From the NCBI RefSeq assembly GCF_009914755.1, contig NC_060935.1: 64,000 bases of DNA; one strand, given 5' to 3'. This DNA comes from the human T2T-CHM13v2.0 reference genome, Homo sapiens. Positions within the stretch are counted from its first letter, which is position 1, and each line of letters starts with the position of its first letter. Shown here one piece after another: positions 40,151 to 61,163 of the stretch. The notes beneath the pieces were generated by a model, which ran no database searches, was not told the DNA's origin, and saw only the letters and a program-made list of their open reading frames with translations. The position numbers were made by a program, and so were the translations under genes.

Positions 40151-40683
40151 TAGATGAGATAAAGTCCCAGATGGTGGTTTTAAAACATGGCCTCAAATTC
40201 TTTGATGCTTCTCCTGTTGAAGGACGGAATTTATGTTCTCTCCCCTTGAATCAGGGAGGGTTTGTAACTTCTTCAACCGACCGAGTATGCTGTAAGTGCT
40301 ACTACGTGACCTCCAAAGCTACATCATGAAAGGTCATGCAATTTCTACTTTGTTTGCCGGAAAACTCACTTTGGAGCTCTGAGCGGCCTTGTAAATAGTT
40401 CAGCTACTCTAAGACTGCAAGGAGAGGCTACGTGCAGGTTCTTCATTAGTCCCAGATGAGCCTGTCCTTCAGCCATCCCAAGCCAGGGGCCCAAAATGTG
40501 AGGAAAGAAGCCATCTTGAAAGTGGATTCTCTGGCTCCCCCATTCCTAACCTCTACTGTTGGAGTCATCCCAACATCCTTGCTGTGCCTTTTCAAATTCC
40601 TAACACATAAAATCCGTGATGGTCATTGTTTTATTCCTATAGGTTTAGGTTGGTTTGTTGTTTAGCAACAAATAACCAGGACA
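40151..40683 (+). mobile_element. MLT1G/H-like MaLR LTR
   Basis: Ends TTGTTGTTTAGCAACAAATAACCAGGACA. Internal TCCCCTTGAATC motif. Confidence 0.6.
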
Positions 40684-40919
40684 CAATTAAATAACAAGAT
40701 ATCAAAGGAGAGAGTGACTCAGCTAGGAAAAGAATGATTATCACCCAAAGATGAATAAAGGGACTTTATAGTCACTCTCAGGGAGAGGGATAGCATATTT
40801 TTAGTTGCATGAGGGACAATTGTGTATTGTGAAGGGAAAGCATTATTTTGCTCTTTATTTGGAAGTTAAGTGTGGTTAAAAGAAGTGCGTATGCATCCCA
40901 GGCTGACAAGGAGTAGATT

Positions 40920-41365
40920 CTACTAGTTTCGTATTATGTTAATCTAGCTAAGCTGAAACGAACTTTCCCAGAATCTCCTTCCTACATGGTTCCAGATTAG
41001 GGTAAGCTACAAGAAAAATTAACGCAAGATTGGGGAGGTAGATGTGAAGCAGCATTTTTATGCTCTGAAAGTCAGTGCTGGGTACCAGGCACCATGGTGG
41101 CTCATGTGCATTGTTACTGATCTGCTGGCTCACCTGTTGGCATGGGGTAACACCCGGGCCTGCAGTTCCTCCACCTCCTGATGATCTCCTTTATTTGCTC
41201 GGAGTCCTGGGCCAGGTGCTTGAGTAGTTATGTTGCTAAGGACTCCAGCTTCTGCAGGTCACCTGCATTATCAAGCTTAGAGGTGGTTAAAGACAGACAT
41301 GGGATCTAGTTTGTCCCTGTGGGTTCCACTTTGCCCCTGATTTCCCAAACTTCACACCTAGCTTT
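40920..41365. mobile_element. Old ERVL-class LTR remnant (LTR33-like, uncertain)
   Basis: TTTCCCAGAATCTCCTTCC…GGTTCCAGATTAGGG resembles remembered ERVL LTR sequence. Confidence 0.3.
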
Positions 41366-41380
41366 CCTTTTTTTAAAGGA

Positions 41381-47087
<5,707 letters not shown>

Positions 47088-47100
47088 ACCTCAGTGAATA

Positions 47101-47220
47101 TTTCTTTCTTTCTTTCTTTCTTTTTTTTTTTTTTTGAAACGGAGGCTCGTTCTGTCGCCCAGGCTGGAGTACAGTGGCGCGTTCTCGGCCCACTGCAAGC
47201 TCTGCCTCCCTGGTTCATGC
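47101..47220 (-). mobile_element. 5'-truncated AluY fragment
   Basis: TSD AATATTTCTT. Confidence 0.85.
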
Positions 47221-47682
47221 AATATTTCTTAAATGAATAGATCTATACAGTACCTACTGTTAGTCTCCCCATTTTGCAGATGAGGAAACAGAGTATCTGA
47301 TAGATTAAGAAACTTGCCTGAGGTCCCGCAGTAAATGGCCGAGTTGATATCCAACACAGGTCTGTCTGACTCTACAGCCTGTGCCTTTAATCATTATGCA
47401 TGCTACCTTAGACAGCTTCATTGCCTCCATAGGTTTTCTCTGTAAAATTTATTAGAGGATATTATCATTGCAAGGAAATTTGATAATCAGCTAGTTCCTT
47501 GCCTAGTCATTATAGTAAGTTTAATCAATTAACAACTATTGATTGAGTTTTTATAGTATGCATTGCTAAGGTAACTGAAATCCCTCCCCAAAATAGGGTA
47601 GACGTTAAGAATCACTCATTTATTACATCCTGAAAATTTCCACATGCCTACATTTTTATCTGATTTTCCTTCAGTAGCCCTT

Positions 47683-47907
47683 CAGGAGTTCAAGACCAGC
47701 CTGGCCAACATGGCAAAACCCCCTCTTTACTAAAAAATACAAAAATTACCTGGGTGTGGTGGCATGCACCTGTAATTCTAGCTACTCAGTAGATTGAGGC
47801 AGGAGAATTGCTTGAATCTGGGAAGTGGAGATTGTAGTGAGCCAAGATCACACCACTGCACTCCAGCCTGGGCAACAGAGTGAGACTCTCTCAAAAAAAA
47901 AAAAAAA
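47683..47907 (+). mobile_element. 5'-truncated AluS
   Basis: Begins at CAGGAGTTCAAGACC. A-tail present. Confidence 0.85.
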
Positions 47908-50252
47908 ACAATTTTCACACCAATGTAAAGAAACAGTAGCAGTTGATAGTATCCATTAGACTATCAGAGACCTAGAAGGAATCTTCCAGATCATCTGCTG
48001 CTGAACACCACTTAACAGATAAAGCAGTTGAGAACCAGTGAATGGAAATGACTCATCTAATACAGGGTTAAAACTAGAGGTCCCTTACCCTGTTACCAGG
48101 ACCCTTCCTACCATATCTAACTCTGTCTTTCCTTCACCTACCTTCTCTAGAAACTAGGATTTCTGTGGAAACCAGGTTATTGGGTAAATAGCAGCAAACC
48201 TGTCAATCAGACCTGAGACTTCAGACTGCATATACCAGGACCTAGGTCATAGATTGCGCTGTATAATCCAGCCCTTTCCTGTTCTCTGTATTACTGCCTC
48301 ACATTGTCATTTGCTCACTAAGAATGAATAAACATTCCCTGCCTGCCTGTCCTTCAGAGTGACCAATCACTCCTCTCCCTCTGCCATCCCCTTTCTCCTT
48401 CTTCCTTTTCAAAACATTTGTGTTCAGGAAGGCATTGTGTTGAATGACTTTCTCATTTCTGCCCCTGTGATGCTGTTTAAGCCTTCCTTGAGGGACAAGC
48501 TAATGAGGTCTGAATTATAGCATCCACATGAGACCAGAGTGGTAGAGGCTGTGTGGCTCAGAGAATGTCAGAAGTGGAAGATAACTTAGAGACCAAAAGG
48601 TCTGCCTCATTGCCCCATTTGAAGATAAATGGAGACAGCAAGAGAAAGGGAAATGTTAATTGACTGTTCGTGTTGCTATTGCTAGCTAGATGCAGAGTAT
48701 GGCTAGACCGCAGGCCTTCTGACTTCCCAGTTCAGTACTTACTATTAATACATTACACTGAAGCCTTAGCACTTAGAACACAAGGGATATAATGAGCCCC
48801 CAGGAAAGGATGTTGACCAATTGATAATAATTTCCAGCAAGGAAATGAAGAAATTATGTTTCCTTCTTAGAGGAATTCCCCACCATAGTAGCCTTCTCCA
48901 GGAAAAACAAAAGCAAAAACAAAATTTCTTTATCATCAAAGGGTCTTCGTGAAAATTACAGAGATAACTATATGAAGGTCCTTACCACTGGGCTTGGAAA
49001 ATACTGTTAGATTTCTTTTACCTCCAGCTTTACTGAGGTGTTTTTGACAAATAAAAATTGGATATATTTATGGTGTACAATATGATGTTTTGATACATGT
49101 ATATACCGTGAAGTGATTACCACAATAAACCTAATGTACATTTCCATCACACCTCACATAGTTACCTTTTGTGTAAGTCTGTGGTGAGAACATTGAAGAT
49201 CAAATCTCTTAGCAAATTTCAAGTATGCAATACATTACTATTAACTATAATCATCATGCTATACGTTAGATCTCCAAAACTTATTCATTCTGCATAACTG
49301 AAACTTCGTACCCTTTGACCAGCATCCTTCCATCTCCCCAGTCCCTCAGTCCCTTGGCAACCACCACTCTACTCTCTGTTTCTATGAGTTTGAGTTTTTT
49401 AGATGCTACGTATAGGTGAGATTATGCAGTATTTGTCCTTTTGTGTCTGGCTTATTTCACTTAGCATAATGTCCTCCAGATTCATATATGTTGTCACAAA
49501 TGATAGAATTTTCTTTTTTTATAAGACTGAATAATATTCCTGTGTGTGTGTGTGTATGTGTGTGTGAAATTTTCTTTATCCTTTCGTCACTGATGGTAGT
49601 TTGATTCTGTACATTGGCTACTGTGAATAGTGCTGCAGTGAAGAAGTGGGTAGAGATATCAGAGATACTGATTCCTTTTCCTTTGGATATATACCCAGAT
49701 ATGGGATTGTTGTAGCATATTATAGTTCTATTTTTAATTTTTTGAGGATATACTGATTTCCTTTCTTTTGTTATTATTTGGCATAATAGCTATACCAGTT
49801 TACATTCCCAACAGTGGACAAGGGTTCCCTTTTCTCCACATCCTTACCAACACTTGTTATATTTTGTCTTTTTGATGATAGCCATTCTAACAGATGTGAG
49901 GTAATATCTCATTGTGGTTTTGATTTGCATTTGTCTGATGATTAGTCATGTTGAGCACCTTTTCATATACTTGTTGGCCATTTGTATGTCTTTTGAGAAA
50001 TGTCCATTTAGGTCTGTTGCCCATTTTTAAAATTGGGTTGTTTTCTTGCTATTGAGTTGTTTGAGTTTCTTGTGTATTTTGGATATTAACCCCTTATCAG
50101 ATATATCATTTACAAATATTTTTATCCCATTATATAACTTACCTTTTCATTTTGTTGATTATTTCCTTTGCTGTGCAGATATTCTTAGTTTGATGCCATC
50201 CCATTAGTTTATTTTTGCTTTTGTTGCCTGTGCTTTTAGGGTAATTTTTTTA

Positions 50253-50555
<303 letters not shown>

Positions 50556-50630
50556 TCATTGCCAAGATCAATGTCAAGAAGATTTTCTCTATATCTTTTG
50601 TTCTAGTAGTTCAAGTCTTACATTTAAGTC

Positions 50631-50787
50631 TTTCTTTTTTTTTCTTTTTCTTTTTTGTGCAGATGGGGTGGGGAGGGAGGGTCTCATGATGTTGCCTAGG
50701 CTGGTCTTGAACTCCAGGCTTCAAACAATCCTCCTGCCTGGCCTCCTAAAGTACTGAGATTACGGGCACGAGCCACCATGCCCAACC
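50631..50787 (-). mobile_element. Alu monomer (FLAM-like)
   Basis: TSD ACATTTAAGTCT. Confidence 0.8.
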
Positions 50788-50928
50788 ACATTTAAGTCTG
50801 CAATTCATTTTGAGTTCGTTTTTGTATGTAGTTTAAGATAAGGTCTAATTTCATTTTCTACATGTGGATATCCAGTTTTCCCAGCACCATTTCTTAAAGA
50901 GATTTACTACTTTAAAAAATCTTTACAG

Positions 50929-51450
<522 letters not shown>

Positions 51451-53268
51451 TATAATGTCTTGGTGAAGATCTGTTTTTTGTGTTTTTTTTATGGGGGGCT
51501 TCATGTGTCTGAATGTTCATTCCCTTCTCCAGACTGGGGCAGGGTGGCGGGGGGGTCTGTTATTTCTTTCTTTAAATAAGCTTTTTGCCCCTTTCTCTTT
51601 CTTTCTCCCTTTTGAATATCCTATAATGTGAATGTTGGTTCACTTTATATTGTCCCATAAATCCCATAGGCTTTCTTCACTCTCTTTTGTCATTTTGTTG
51701 TGTTGTTTTCTTGCTGGGTAATTTCAAATGACCTGTCTTTGAGACCACTGATTCTTTCTTTTGATTGACTGAGTCTGCTGTTGAAGATCTCAATGGAATT
51801 TTTCAGTTTGGTCATTGTATTCTTCAATTCCAGAATTTTAAAAAATGATTTCTATTTGTTGAACTTCTCGTTTTGTTCATGTATTGTTTCTGTGATTTTT
51901 GTTTGTTTAGTTGTTTATCTGTGTTCTCTTGTCACTCAGTGAATTTATTTAAGACAATTATTTATAATTGTTTGTTAGGCAGTTCATAGATATCCATTTC
52001 TTCAGGGTTGATTACTTGTGCTTTATTTTCTTCCTTTGGTGGTGATCCTGGTGGTCTTTTGTTGGTGTCTGTGCATTTGAAAAAGTAGTAGTTTTTCCCA
52101 CCTTTGCAAACTGGTTTCAACAGGGAAAGACCTTCACTAGTTAGCCTATCCAGAGATACTGGGTAGGCTAACTGGTGGGATTTATGGATGGGCTTGCTGT
52201 TGGAGTCCTCAAGTAGCTGGCCTGGTTCCTGGGTCTGTGAATGGATGGTCCTGGTGTCTGGGTCCACAGTGGCCAGCCTGGTGCCTGGGTTTGCAGGGTG
52301 GCCTGAAGGTCTACTTGGGCAAACCTGTAGCTCAGGTCTTCATGGCTGGGCCTGGTATCTGGGTCTGCAGGGGCAGACCTGAATCCTGAGTCTGTTAGAG
52401 TCTGGGCTATGGAAGATGGCTTGGAGTATGGGTTTGTGGTTATCAGCCTTGTACCTGAGGCTGCAGGACCCAGCCTGGCACTAGGGTGGGCCTCTGTTAG
52501 CTTTATTTCACGTGTTTCTTGTGGCATTGAGTTCAAACTTGTCTGTGTTATAGTAGTATTTGAGTTAAATAATTTTCCACTCTCATTGTAAAGTTAAGTC
52601 ATCTTACAACTTTTAGTCAAGGTGATGCTGTGGTGAAGCTCTAGGGACATAATTTGTCTTATCTTCTTGGTGAATAGCACATCCGAGAATTACACATTGT
52701 GTCATTCTTTATCCTATGGTGGGGCAGCAGATAATAGCTAAAGTGCTTTACATATACTAAGTTAATTTGATACTCTAAAAGGTAAGAACTATTGTTGTGT
52801 CTATTTATCAGAAAAGAAAATTTGTCGGGATCAAAGCATTGGTCCAAGGTTACAATACAGGGCCAAATCAGATCTATCAATAGCTACAGGTAGTAAATTA
52901 GAGCCAGAGAGATATTGTTAGCAATTCTAACTAAACATTGTATTAGTTGTGTGGTATGGGTCAACTCAATGTTTATGAGCCTCAGTGTTCATATCTCTAA
53001 AATGGAGATAATAAAAATTTGTGAGTGGCTGGTGTAAGAATTGTATATGACATAATTCTAGCCAATGAGATTGAAATAGATATGGGGGTGGTGAATTTAG
53101 AGGGCCCACCTTTTGGAACATTTTCCCTAACTTCTAGAAAGGGTGTGGCAGAAAGACCAACCTCCTCCTTTTACTCCAGCTTTTGGATGTTGTGTGAAGA
53201 AGTGATGGCTGGAACTGTTGCTGCTATCTTGCTACCAGAAGAGGTATAGGCCAAATGATGAAGATGAC

Positions 53269-53798
53269 TATGATTGTTAATTTTATGTCAACTTGACTGA
53301 GATAAAGAGTACTCAGATATTTGGTTGAACATTATTTTGGATGTTTCTGTGACAGTGTTTTTGGATGAGTTTAACATTTAAATCAATAGACTGAGTAAGG
53401 CAGATTGCCTTCCCCAATGACTTAATCAGTTAAAGGCATGAATAGAACAGAAAGGCTGGCCCTCCCCAGAATAAAAGAGAATTCCTCCTCCCTGACTGCC
53501 ATCAATCGGAGATATCAGTTTTTTTTTCCCTGCCTTTGGACTGGAACTTAAACATCTGTTCTTCCTGGGTCTCATGCCTGCTGGCCTGCAGACTGGAACT
53601 ACACTATTGGCTCTCCTGGTTCTTAGGCCATCAGACTCAGACTATAACTATGCCATCAGCTCTCCTGAGTTTTCAGCTTTCCAGCTTACCCTGCAGAGCT
53701 TGGGACTAAGCAGATTCCATAGTCATGTGAGCCATTTCCTCATAATAAACACACACACGTACACTATTTGTTCTGTTTCGCTGGAGAACCCTAACACA
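53269..53798 (+). mobile_element. MLT2-like ERVL LTR nested in an older MLT1-type LTR (~53020-53970)
   Basis: GTTAATTTTATGTCAACTTGACT start and TTCTGTTTCGCTGGAGAACCCTAACACA end. Confidence 0.75.
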
Positions 53799-54177
53799 AC
53801 GAGAGAACAGGAAAATGGAAAGAACATGGTTCTTGCAGAGGTGGTTGAGTTACTGAATTAATCAACCTAATAAACTCTATGTTTAGATACATGGTTAAAT
53901 GAAATACTTTTTTATTCTTATTTTAGCTACTGTTAGTTGGTCTCCTATTTCTTGCATCTGAAGGCATCACAATAGATCCAGAAATCAAAAAGGTAGTAGG
54001 ACTGTTGTGAAAATTTAATGGTGGTCCATAAATATTAGTTCTCTTCCGAGCATCTAAATTATAGCCCAAGCCACACTTCTTCATAATAATAATCCCTTAA
54101 GTGATATAGTCTTCTGTTGGTCATGGAGAGATTCCATAGACATTTTTCTACTAGGCTGTTTCTTAAAAGTAGAAACC

Positions 54178-54551
<374 letters not shown>

Positions 54552-56840
54552 CTACATCTTTTAATGGATTTGATCCTCAATAACATTGATGCTAACTTGG
54601 AAGTAATTACCTAGGAGCTGGGCAAAGTTATCTTGACACAACTGTAGATGTATACCTCATAGTAGAGTTGTTGTTACAGGACAGTCAGTTTGGTTCTTTG
54701 ATTGGCAAACCTTATATTGACAAGGATGTGCTTACATGTAAACTGCTGTTATGCTGTTATCTAAGGCCTATGCTATGTTAAAGGCACCATTTTAACTTAA
54801 TAACCAGGTGCCCTATAATTGAACCATCGTGTGGAAATTCCATGACTGTTAGGATTGCCACCAAGGACAGACTTAGGATGCTTGGAAGGGCTTGGGTTAC
54901 CTCAGGGCTCTGGGAAAAGCAATAGAAAAAATGCTAAATATGATTCTGAAAGGTAAACTAGAATTTCAAGGATGGTTAGCCATGACCTAGCTGCTTCTGC
55001 CCGCTGGAGGGTATGTCCTTCTATATACTACAGGCCAGAAATAGTAAAGAGAGGGGGAAAAGGGATCCCTGTAAGAGATAGGTTTGTGTATATATAAGGG
55101 GAGGAAAGGTGGAGTGGAGGGAGGTTGTCAAGAGAAAGGAAGCCTATGGCTATTGTATGTCTTGGCTTCTCCCCAGAAGAGCCTTTCTAAGGAACTTTCA
55201 ACTCTTCACTAAGATGCCCATGTAGACTTTGTGAATGAAGGGAATCCTTAACCAAGGAGCCTTTTTTTCCTGCTCAGCAAGCCTATAAAAAATGATTATA
55301 TCAGACAGTTGTTCCCTAATTTAACCTCTAGAGACTCTAGAATCTAGAAGGTCAGGTGCATGGTACAGGAAATTGCATTTCCCTTCAAGTATCCCAGGTG
55401 ATGGTGTCAGTAATTTTTCAGACTTTACTTTGGGTATTACTAATACAGGAACATCTGAGCTAGGCAATTTATATTGAGAAGGCCCCTGCCAGCTGATTGC
55501 CATGACCTAAAATATCTTTGTTAGAGTCTACCCGAGAGAGTAGAGAATGTAGGTGGAAATTGAGTCTAGAGACCATGATGCTTAGATGTTTTCTTTAGGA
55601 GTTTCTCATGGTCTCCTCTGCTCACAACAGGAACCTGTACGCTGAATAAAGGGTTGCTTCTAGCCCATTTTCTGTGAGAATTTAGTGAAGCCATTCCCTC
55701 TAGGTAGATACTACCCTGTGGGGTTCACAGCTTGGTAAGGGAAGTAAGGCTAGATTTTAGCCCCACTTGCCCAAATCAGGGTATTTTTGTGCACTGTACA
55801 ATCTGTACAACTGTACATGATGTCCTTACGAAACCCTTCTGCTGGTTTTCACTGAGGAAGGAGCATTTGAGGATTAATAAGATAAACAAAATGAGCTCTT
55901 TGGGGTGCCCAATAAAGCCCTAAACAAACAGCATTATTTTCATTCCTGAGTTCAAAATAAATTAAATAAATAGGTCAAAATATTACCTTTATTAGTGAGA
56001 GAGGCTAGACTGGTCAGTGAATGCTATAGCTCTAGTGATAGCTGCCCTTTATTCACTAACTCATATATATACCAGGTACTGAATTTATATTATTTCTAAA
56101 CCTCCTCCCCAAGTTTTGGAGTTAAATATTATGATCCCCATTGTGTAGATGGGGAAACTGAGTTAGTAAGTTGGAGAAGCAGGATTCAACCCTAGACCTG
56201 ACTAGACCCAAAGCTCCCAGCTTCTTATTTGGCACTGCTGCTTCTGGGGAACCAGCTGGAACTTCTACAACCAAAACCCAATTAAATCAACCAACAATTC
56301 TTAAGAGATTTCCAAAGTTGTCTCCTGGCAGAGTTTTTCTCTTTCCCTGAGGTTCTCCTCCGGCACAAGCCAGAAGGCCTGGCTCTTCCAGCAGATGCAG
56401 AAATGTGCAAAGCCTTGGGTCTTCCAGTTCCAGGTTATTTCTCATTGCCCCTGGGAGCACTAGGTCTAATGCCAGCACGGATGTACTATTTTGAAACTAA
56501 ATGCATTTCTCAGAAAACTCAGGCAGAGTGCCATTCAAGGATATATTTTATATCATTACCCCACAGTGCAGTATCACTGCTACTGTGCTTCAGCCTGGGC
56601 CTTGCTGTCTATGGAGAAGAATTGCTTTATTTAGTGTTTACCTCCCAAGCATGTCAGGAAAACCACAATAAAACCCAAAGGGGTAGGCTACTTTCATCAT
56701 TTCACATGGCTTTCATCATTACAAAGATACATTTTTTCGTGGGATAGTTCTTGTCTTAGGTCACGTTCCTTAGAAACCAACCGTGAGATGGGGATTTGTG
56801 CTCAAGTGATTTATTGAGTGTTTTTAAGAAGCGGAGTGAG

Positions 56841-57072
56841 ACATAGGTGGGAATTGAACAATGAGAACACTTGGACACAGGGTGGGGAACATCACACACT
56901 GAGGCCTGTCATGGGGTGGGGGGAGGGGGGAGGGATAGCATTAGGACATATACCTAATGTAAATGACGAATTAATGGGTGCAGCCAACATGGCACATGTA
57001 TACATATGTAACAAACCTGCATATTGTGCACATGTACCCTAGAACTTAAAGTATAATTAAAAAAAGAAAAAA
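56841..57072 (+). mobile_element. 5'-truncated L1PA 3'UTR inside an MLT1-type LTR
   Basis: L1PA 3' end …GTACCCTAGAACTTAAAGTATAAT plus A-tail. TSD AGAAG(C/G)GGAGTGAGA. Confidence 0.9.
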
Positions 57073-57127
57073 AGAAGGGGAGTGAGAGAAACAGGACAGG
57101 ACAGAGAAAGGTGTTAAGCAAGAATTT

Positions 57128-57209
57128 GGCTTCTACTGACGTCTTGCTTCACTCTGATCTCATGAGGAGGCTTCTACTGACGTCTTGCTTCACCCTGATC
57201 TCATGAGGA
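57128..57209. repeat. 41-bp tandem duplication (40/41 identical)
   Basis: GGCTTCTACTGACGTCTTGCTTCAC(T/C)CTGATCTCATGAGGA twice. Confidence 0.95.
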
Positions 57210-59705
57210 GCACTGAATCACAAATTGTACCACAGAGTTAAACCCACTTTAAAGTTGAAGGGGTGCGGGTGGCCTTTTGTACTCCCCATGACAGTTAGTC
57301 ATGGGCCACCGGCTGCAGAGGTCAAGTCTATGTGTACATGTGCATGTAGCCTCCTGGTCAAGGTGGCTCCCATTAGCTCAAGGTCTCTTCCTCATGGCCA
57401 AGGGCAATTCTCCAGAGAAAGTGGAAGCTGTGAGTTGTATTAGCCAACTCTCCGTGCAGCTGGCGATAACTGCCTGGGTACACTGGCTCGTAAAGGGGAC
57501 CCAACAGGGCACCAACAGCATTTCTGAATCATAAGACACGAGAGTCATTTGAATCTGAGTATTGGTTAATTAATCTCAGAGTTCCCAGAGACTGTGCCTC
57601 ATTATATATTCCTTTCTATGCATTTAACTGGTGAGTAAGCCAAAGTGAAAATCACACAGCAAAAGACCTATGGTTCTAAGTTTCTGTAAGTAAAGATAAT
57701 ACTCAAGTAACTTCACCCTATTTCAACATTCAGCCAGCCTGCTGAAATACATAACTTTGAATGTTACCGCATATGTTCCATTTTATATGCTTTTTCATAA
57801 CCAACAATACTGCATATAGTTTAGTCTTGCAGTATGACCAATAGGTGGCACCAGAAACACCCACACTTATTCCAACTACATAGTATGTATATATGTGCTA
57901 AAATTTCAATCCCTCTCTACTTAGTTTTTTCATGTTGAAAAGGACCTCATGATGTTAAATCTAAACCCAAACTTGGTAACTTATAATTTCCCATTTGCTA
58001 TTTGACCTCTTTCTTGTAGGGTTATGTGAGCATGAAAAAAATAGGGTGATAGGGGCAGTCAATTCAGAAAGAAAACATCTATTCATTAGCAAAAGGAAGG
58101 AAAAAAGACTGGAGCCCTGTATCCTTTTCCTTCAAGGTCTCTTGAGTGTATAAATGCCGAAGATTATTAGGAAATATTTGAATAACAGGATAAAAAAGTC
58201 AAGGATACTGCCTCCAAAACATGAACTTTATTCCCCACTGAAAACAGACTTGGATGGCAACCAAGTTGTTCAAGGATTGCCCTGGCCAATATCTGACCAC
58301 AGGGTTCCACTCTGGGAAAGGTTTTTGAGTCCGGCAGTCACCATTTTCAAGTTTGTTTCTTTTGAAGTTTGTACTTTATTGTTGGTGAAAGGAAGTAAAG
58401 GGAGGAGGGGGTGCTACATCTTCCAATTTTTTTTCCCCAGCAATCCAGCATTGTGCTCTTTTCCTACATCAGACTATTCCAAGGAGCAGAACGACTTAGA
58501 GGAAAAAGTGCTCAATTGGAAATTAGGCTACAATACACTTAACGTTCACCAAGTATTTTTGTAATCATTATGTGACCCTCCAACCATATTAAAAATGGGT
58601 ATACCGAATTTCAGAAAGGTCTGTTAGCTAGCAAGGACCTTAATCCAGTTCATCTGACTCCCAAGGCCAAGGCTGAATCTAGATATGTTATGGGCTCACC
58701 ATACAAATTGGACAACTCATTTCACCTCACTTGTCTTTAGTTTCATCTACAACATAAGATGTGTTGCATGGCCCCAACACATCTTCCAGCAAGACATCTC
58801 CAGATTCTGAATAGTACGTGTGGAGTGGAGTGTCTTGTGTACTAATTGGGACTGGAGGTGTGGTTTGTCACATAGTCAGTAGGAAGGGAGGGTAGAACTC
58901 ACTTTGATAGTGTTCCAGAGTGGAAGGTAACAGGGCTATTATACAATGCATTCAACAGTCTGGTTCTTGCATTTTGGGGGGGAAAATCAATGCCAGGTTT
59001 TGATTAGCCTTTCCTATGCCTGTCATCAGCGTATTACGCAGTAAACATCATGCCTCTGTGAGCTTTCGTTTCCAAATGAAATGATCCTAAAGTTTGGAAT
59101 TTCTCTTTACATGGCATGCTCTTCTGCCATGCATACCACAAATTATTTTCACTGCCCTTCTCTGAACCGTTGCTATTTTTGCTCTGCCTTTTTGATAGCA
59201 GCACTGATTAAAGAGTGATTTTATTCTTTTAAATATTAACTGCAAAGATAGAGGCAACAGGACTCTTCAAGGATACACATGGATTTCTTGCTCATAAAAC
59301 TTCATAATGTGAACAGAAAAGTCAGCAAAGGGGAAGAAAGGAAACTAACTTTAATTGAGTGTCTACAATATATCAAGCTTTCTTCTAGGTCCATTTGATA
59401 TCTTATCTCCCTTCATTCTCTCAGATGAGGGGCAGTGGTGTGTAGCGGTTACATGCCTAGGCACTTGAGTCAGATAGACGTGGCTTCTCATCAAGGCCTG
59501 AGTGCTACCTTACCATGTGACTCTGGGCAATCTATGTAACTTTTCTAAGCTTTGCTTTCCTCAGTGACACAACAACCGTAAAATACTCAGTATTAGCCCA
59601 GAGTAAGTACTCAATGAATGTTAACTATCTTTTTGACCACCCTAAAGAATACACCTTATCTACTTCACACTAGATTTTTAAAAACCTAAGGTTCTAAGAA
59701 GCTAA

Positions 59706-60069
<364 letters not shown>

Positions 60070-60220
60070 GGATATCTGTTGTTTCTTTTCCCCAGCACCA
60101 CTCTTTACCCAGGAAACCCATTCTCCTCCCACCCCTATTCCACTTTGTTTTGCTAGAACAGATTCTATCAGGCTCAAAAGTGAACTCTGGAGCAGATAGT
60201 ATGGTTCAAATCTCAGCTCT

Positions 60221-60520
<300 letters not shown>

Positions 60521-60829
60521 ATCTCAGCTCTACCACTTATTGGCTGTGTAACTTTTGAAAGATTCCTTAACCTTTCTGTGCCTTAGTTTCTTCATCTATC
60601 AAACGAGGATGACAAAAATCTTTACCAATTGGATTCTTGTAAAGATTAAATAAGTTAATAGGAATGAAGTACTCATAGCAAGTGCCTCATGCGTGGTAAG
60701 TGCTCGGTAACTGTAAAGTCTTTTTCTTCTTACCCTACCTGTCTCCCAGCTATAGGGCTGGGCAAATGATTCAGATCTGGCCATCAGAGTGTCTGTCCTA
60801 TCTTCTTGTTTACCATGATTGGTCTAGGG

Positions 60830-61163
60830 CAAGGTCAGCAAAATTTTTCTGTAAAAAGCAGATAGCAAATATTTTAGGCTTTGTGGGCCGTGTGGCCTCT
60901 GTTACCACTACTCAACTTGCTATGACAGTGGAAAACCAACTATAGACAATACAGAAACAAATGGGTGTGATTGTGTTCCAATAAAACTGAAATTTATGGA
61001 CCTTGACATTTGAATTTCATATAATTTTCAGGTGTTATAAAATATTACTCTTATTTTTTTCCCCAATCATTTAAAAATGACAAACCCATTTTTAGTTCAT
61101 ATGCTGCCCCAAAACAAGAGTCAGGCTGGATTTGGCCGGTGGGTCATAGTTTGTTGACTCCTG
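60830..61163 (+). mobile_element. MER58B-like hAT-Charlie relic
   Basis: Degenerate TIRs CAAGGTCAGCAAA / TTTGTTGACTCCTG. Internal AATATTTTAGGCTTTGTGGGCC and GTGTTCCAATAAAACT. Confidence 0.75.

Noticed and set aside
56841-57072. Idea that this L1 3'UTR is the missing tail of the 41-47 kb L1, moved by inversion
   Set aside because: It has its own TSD inside an MLT1 LTR and begins well downstream of the breakpoint, so it is an independent 5'-truncated insertion.
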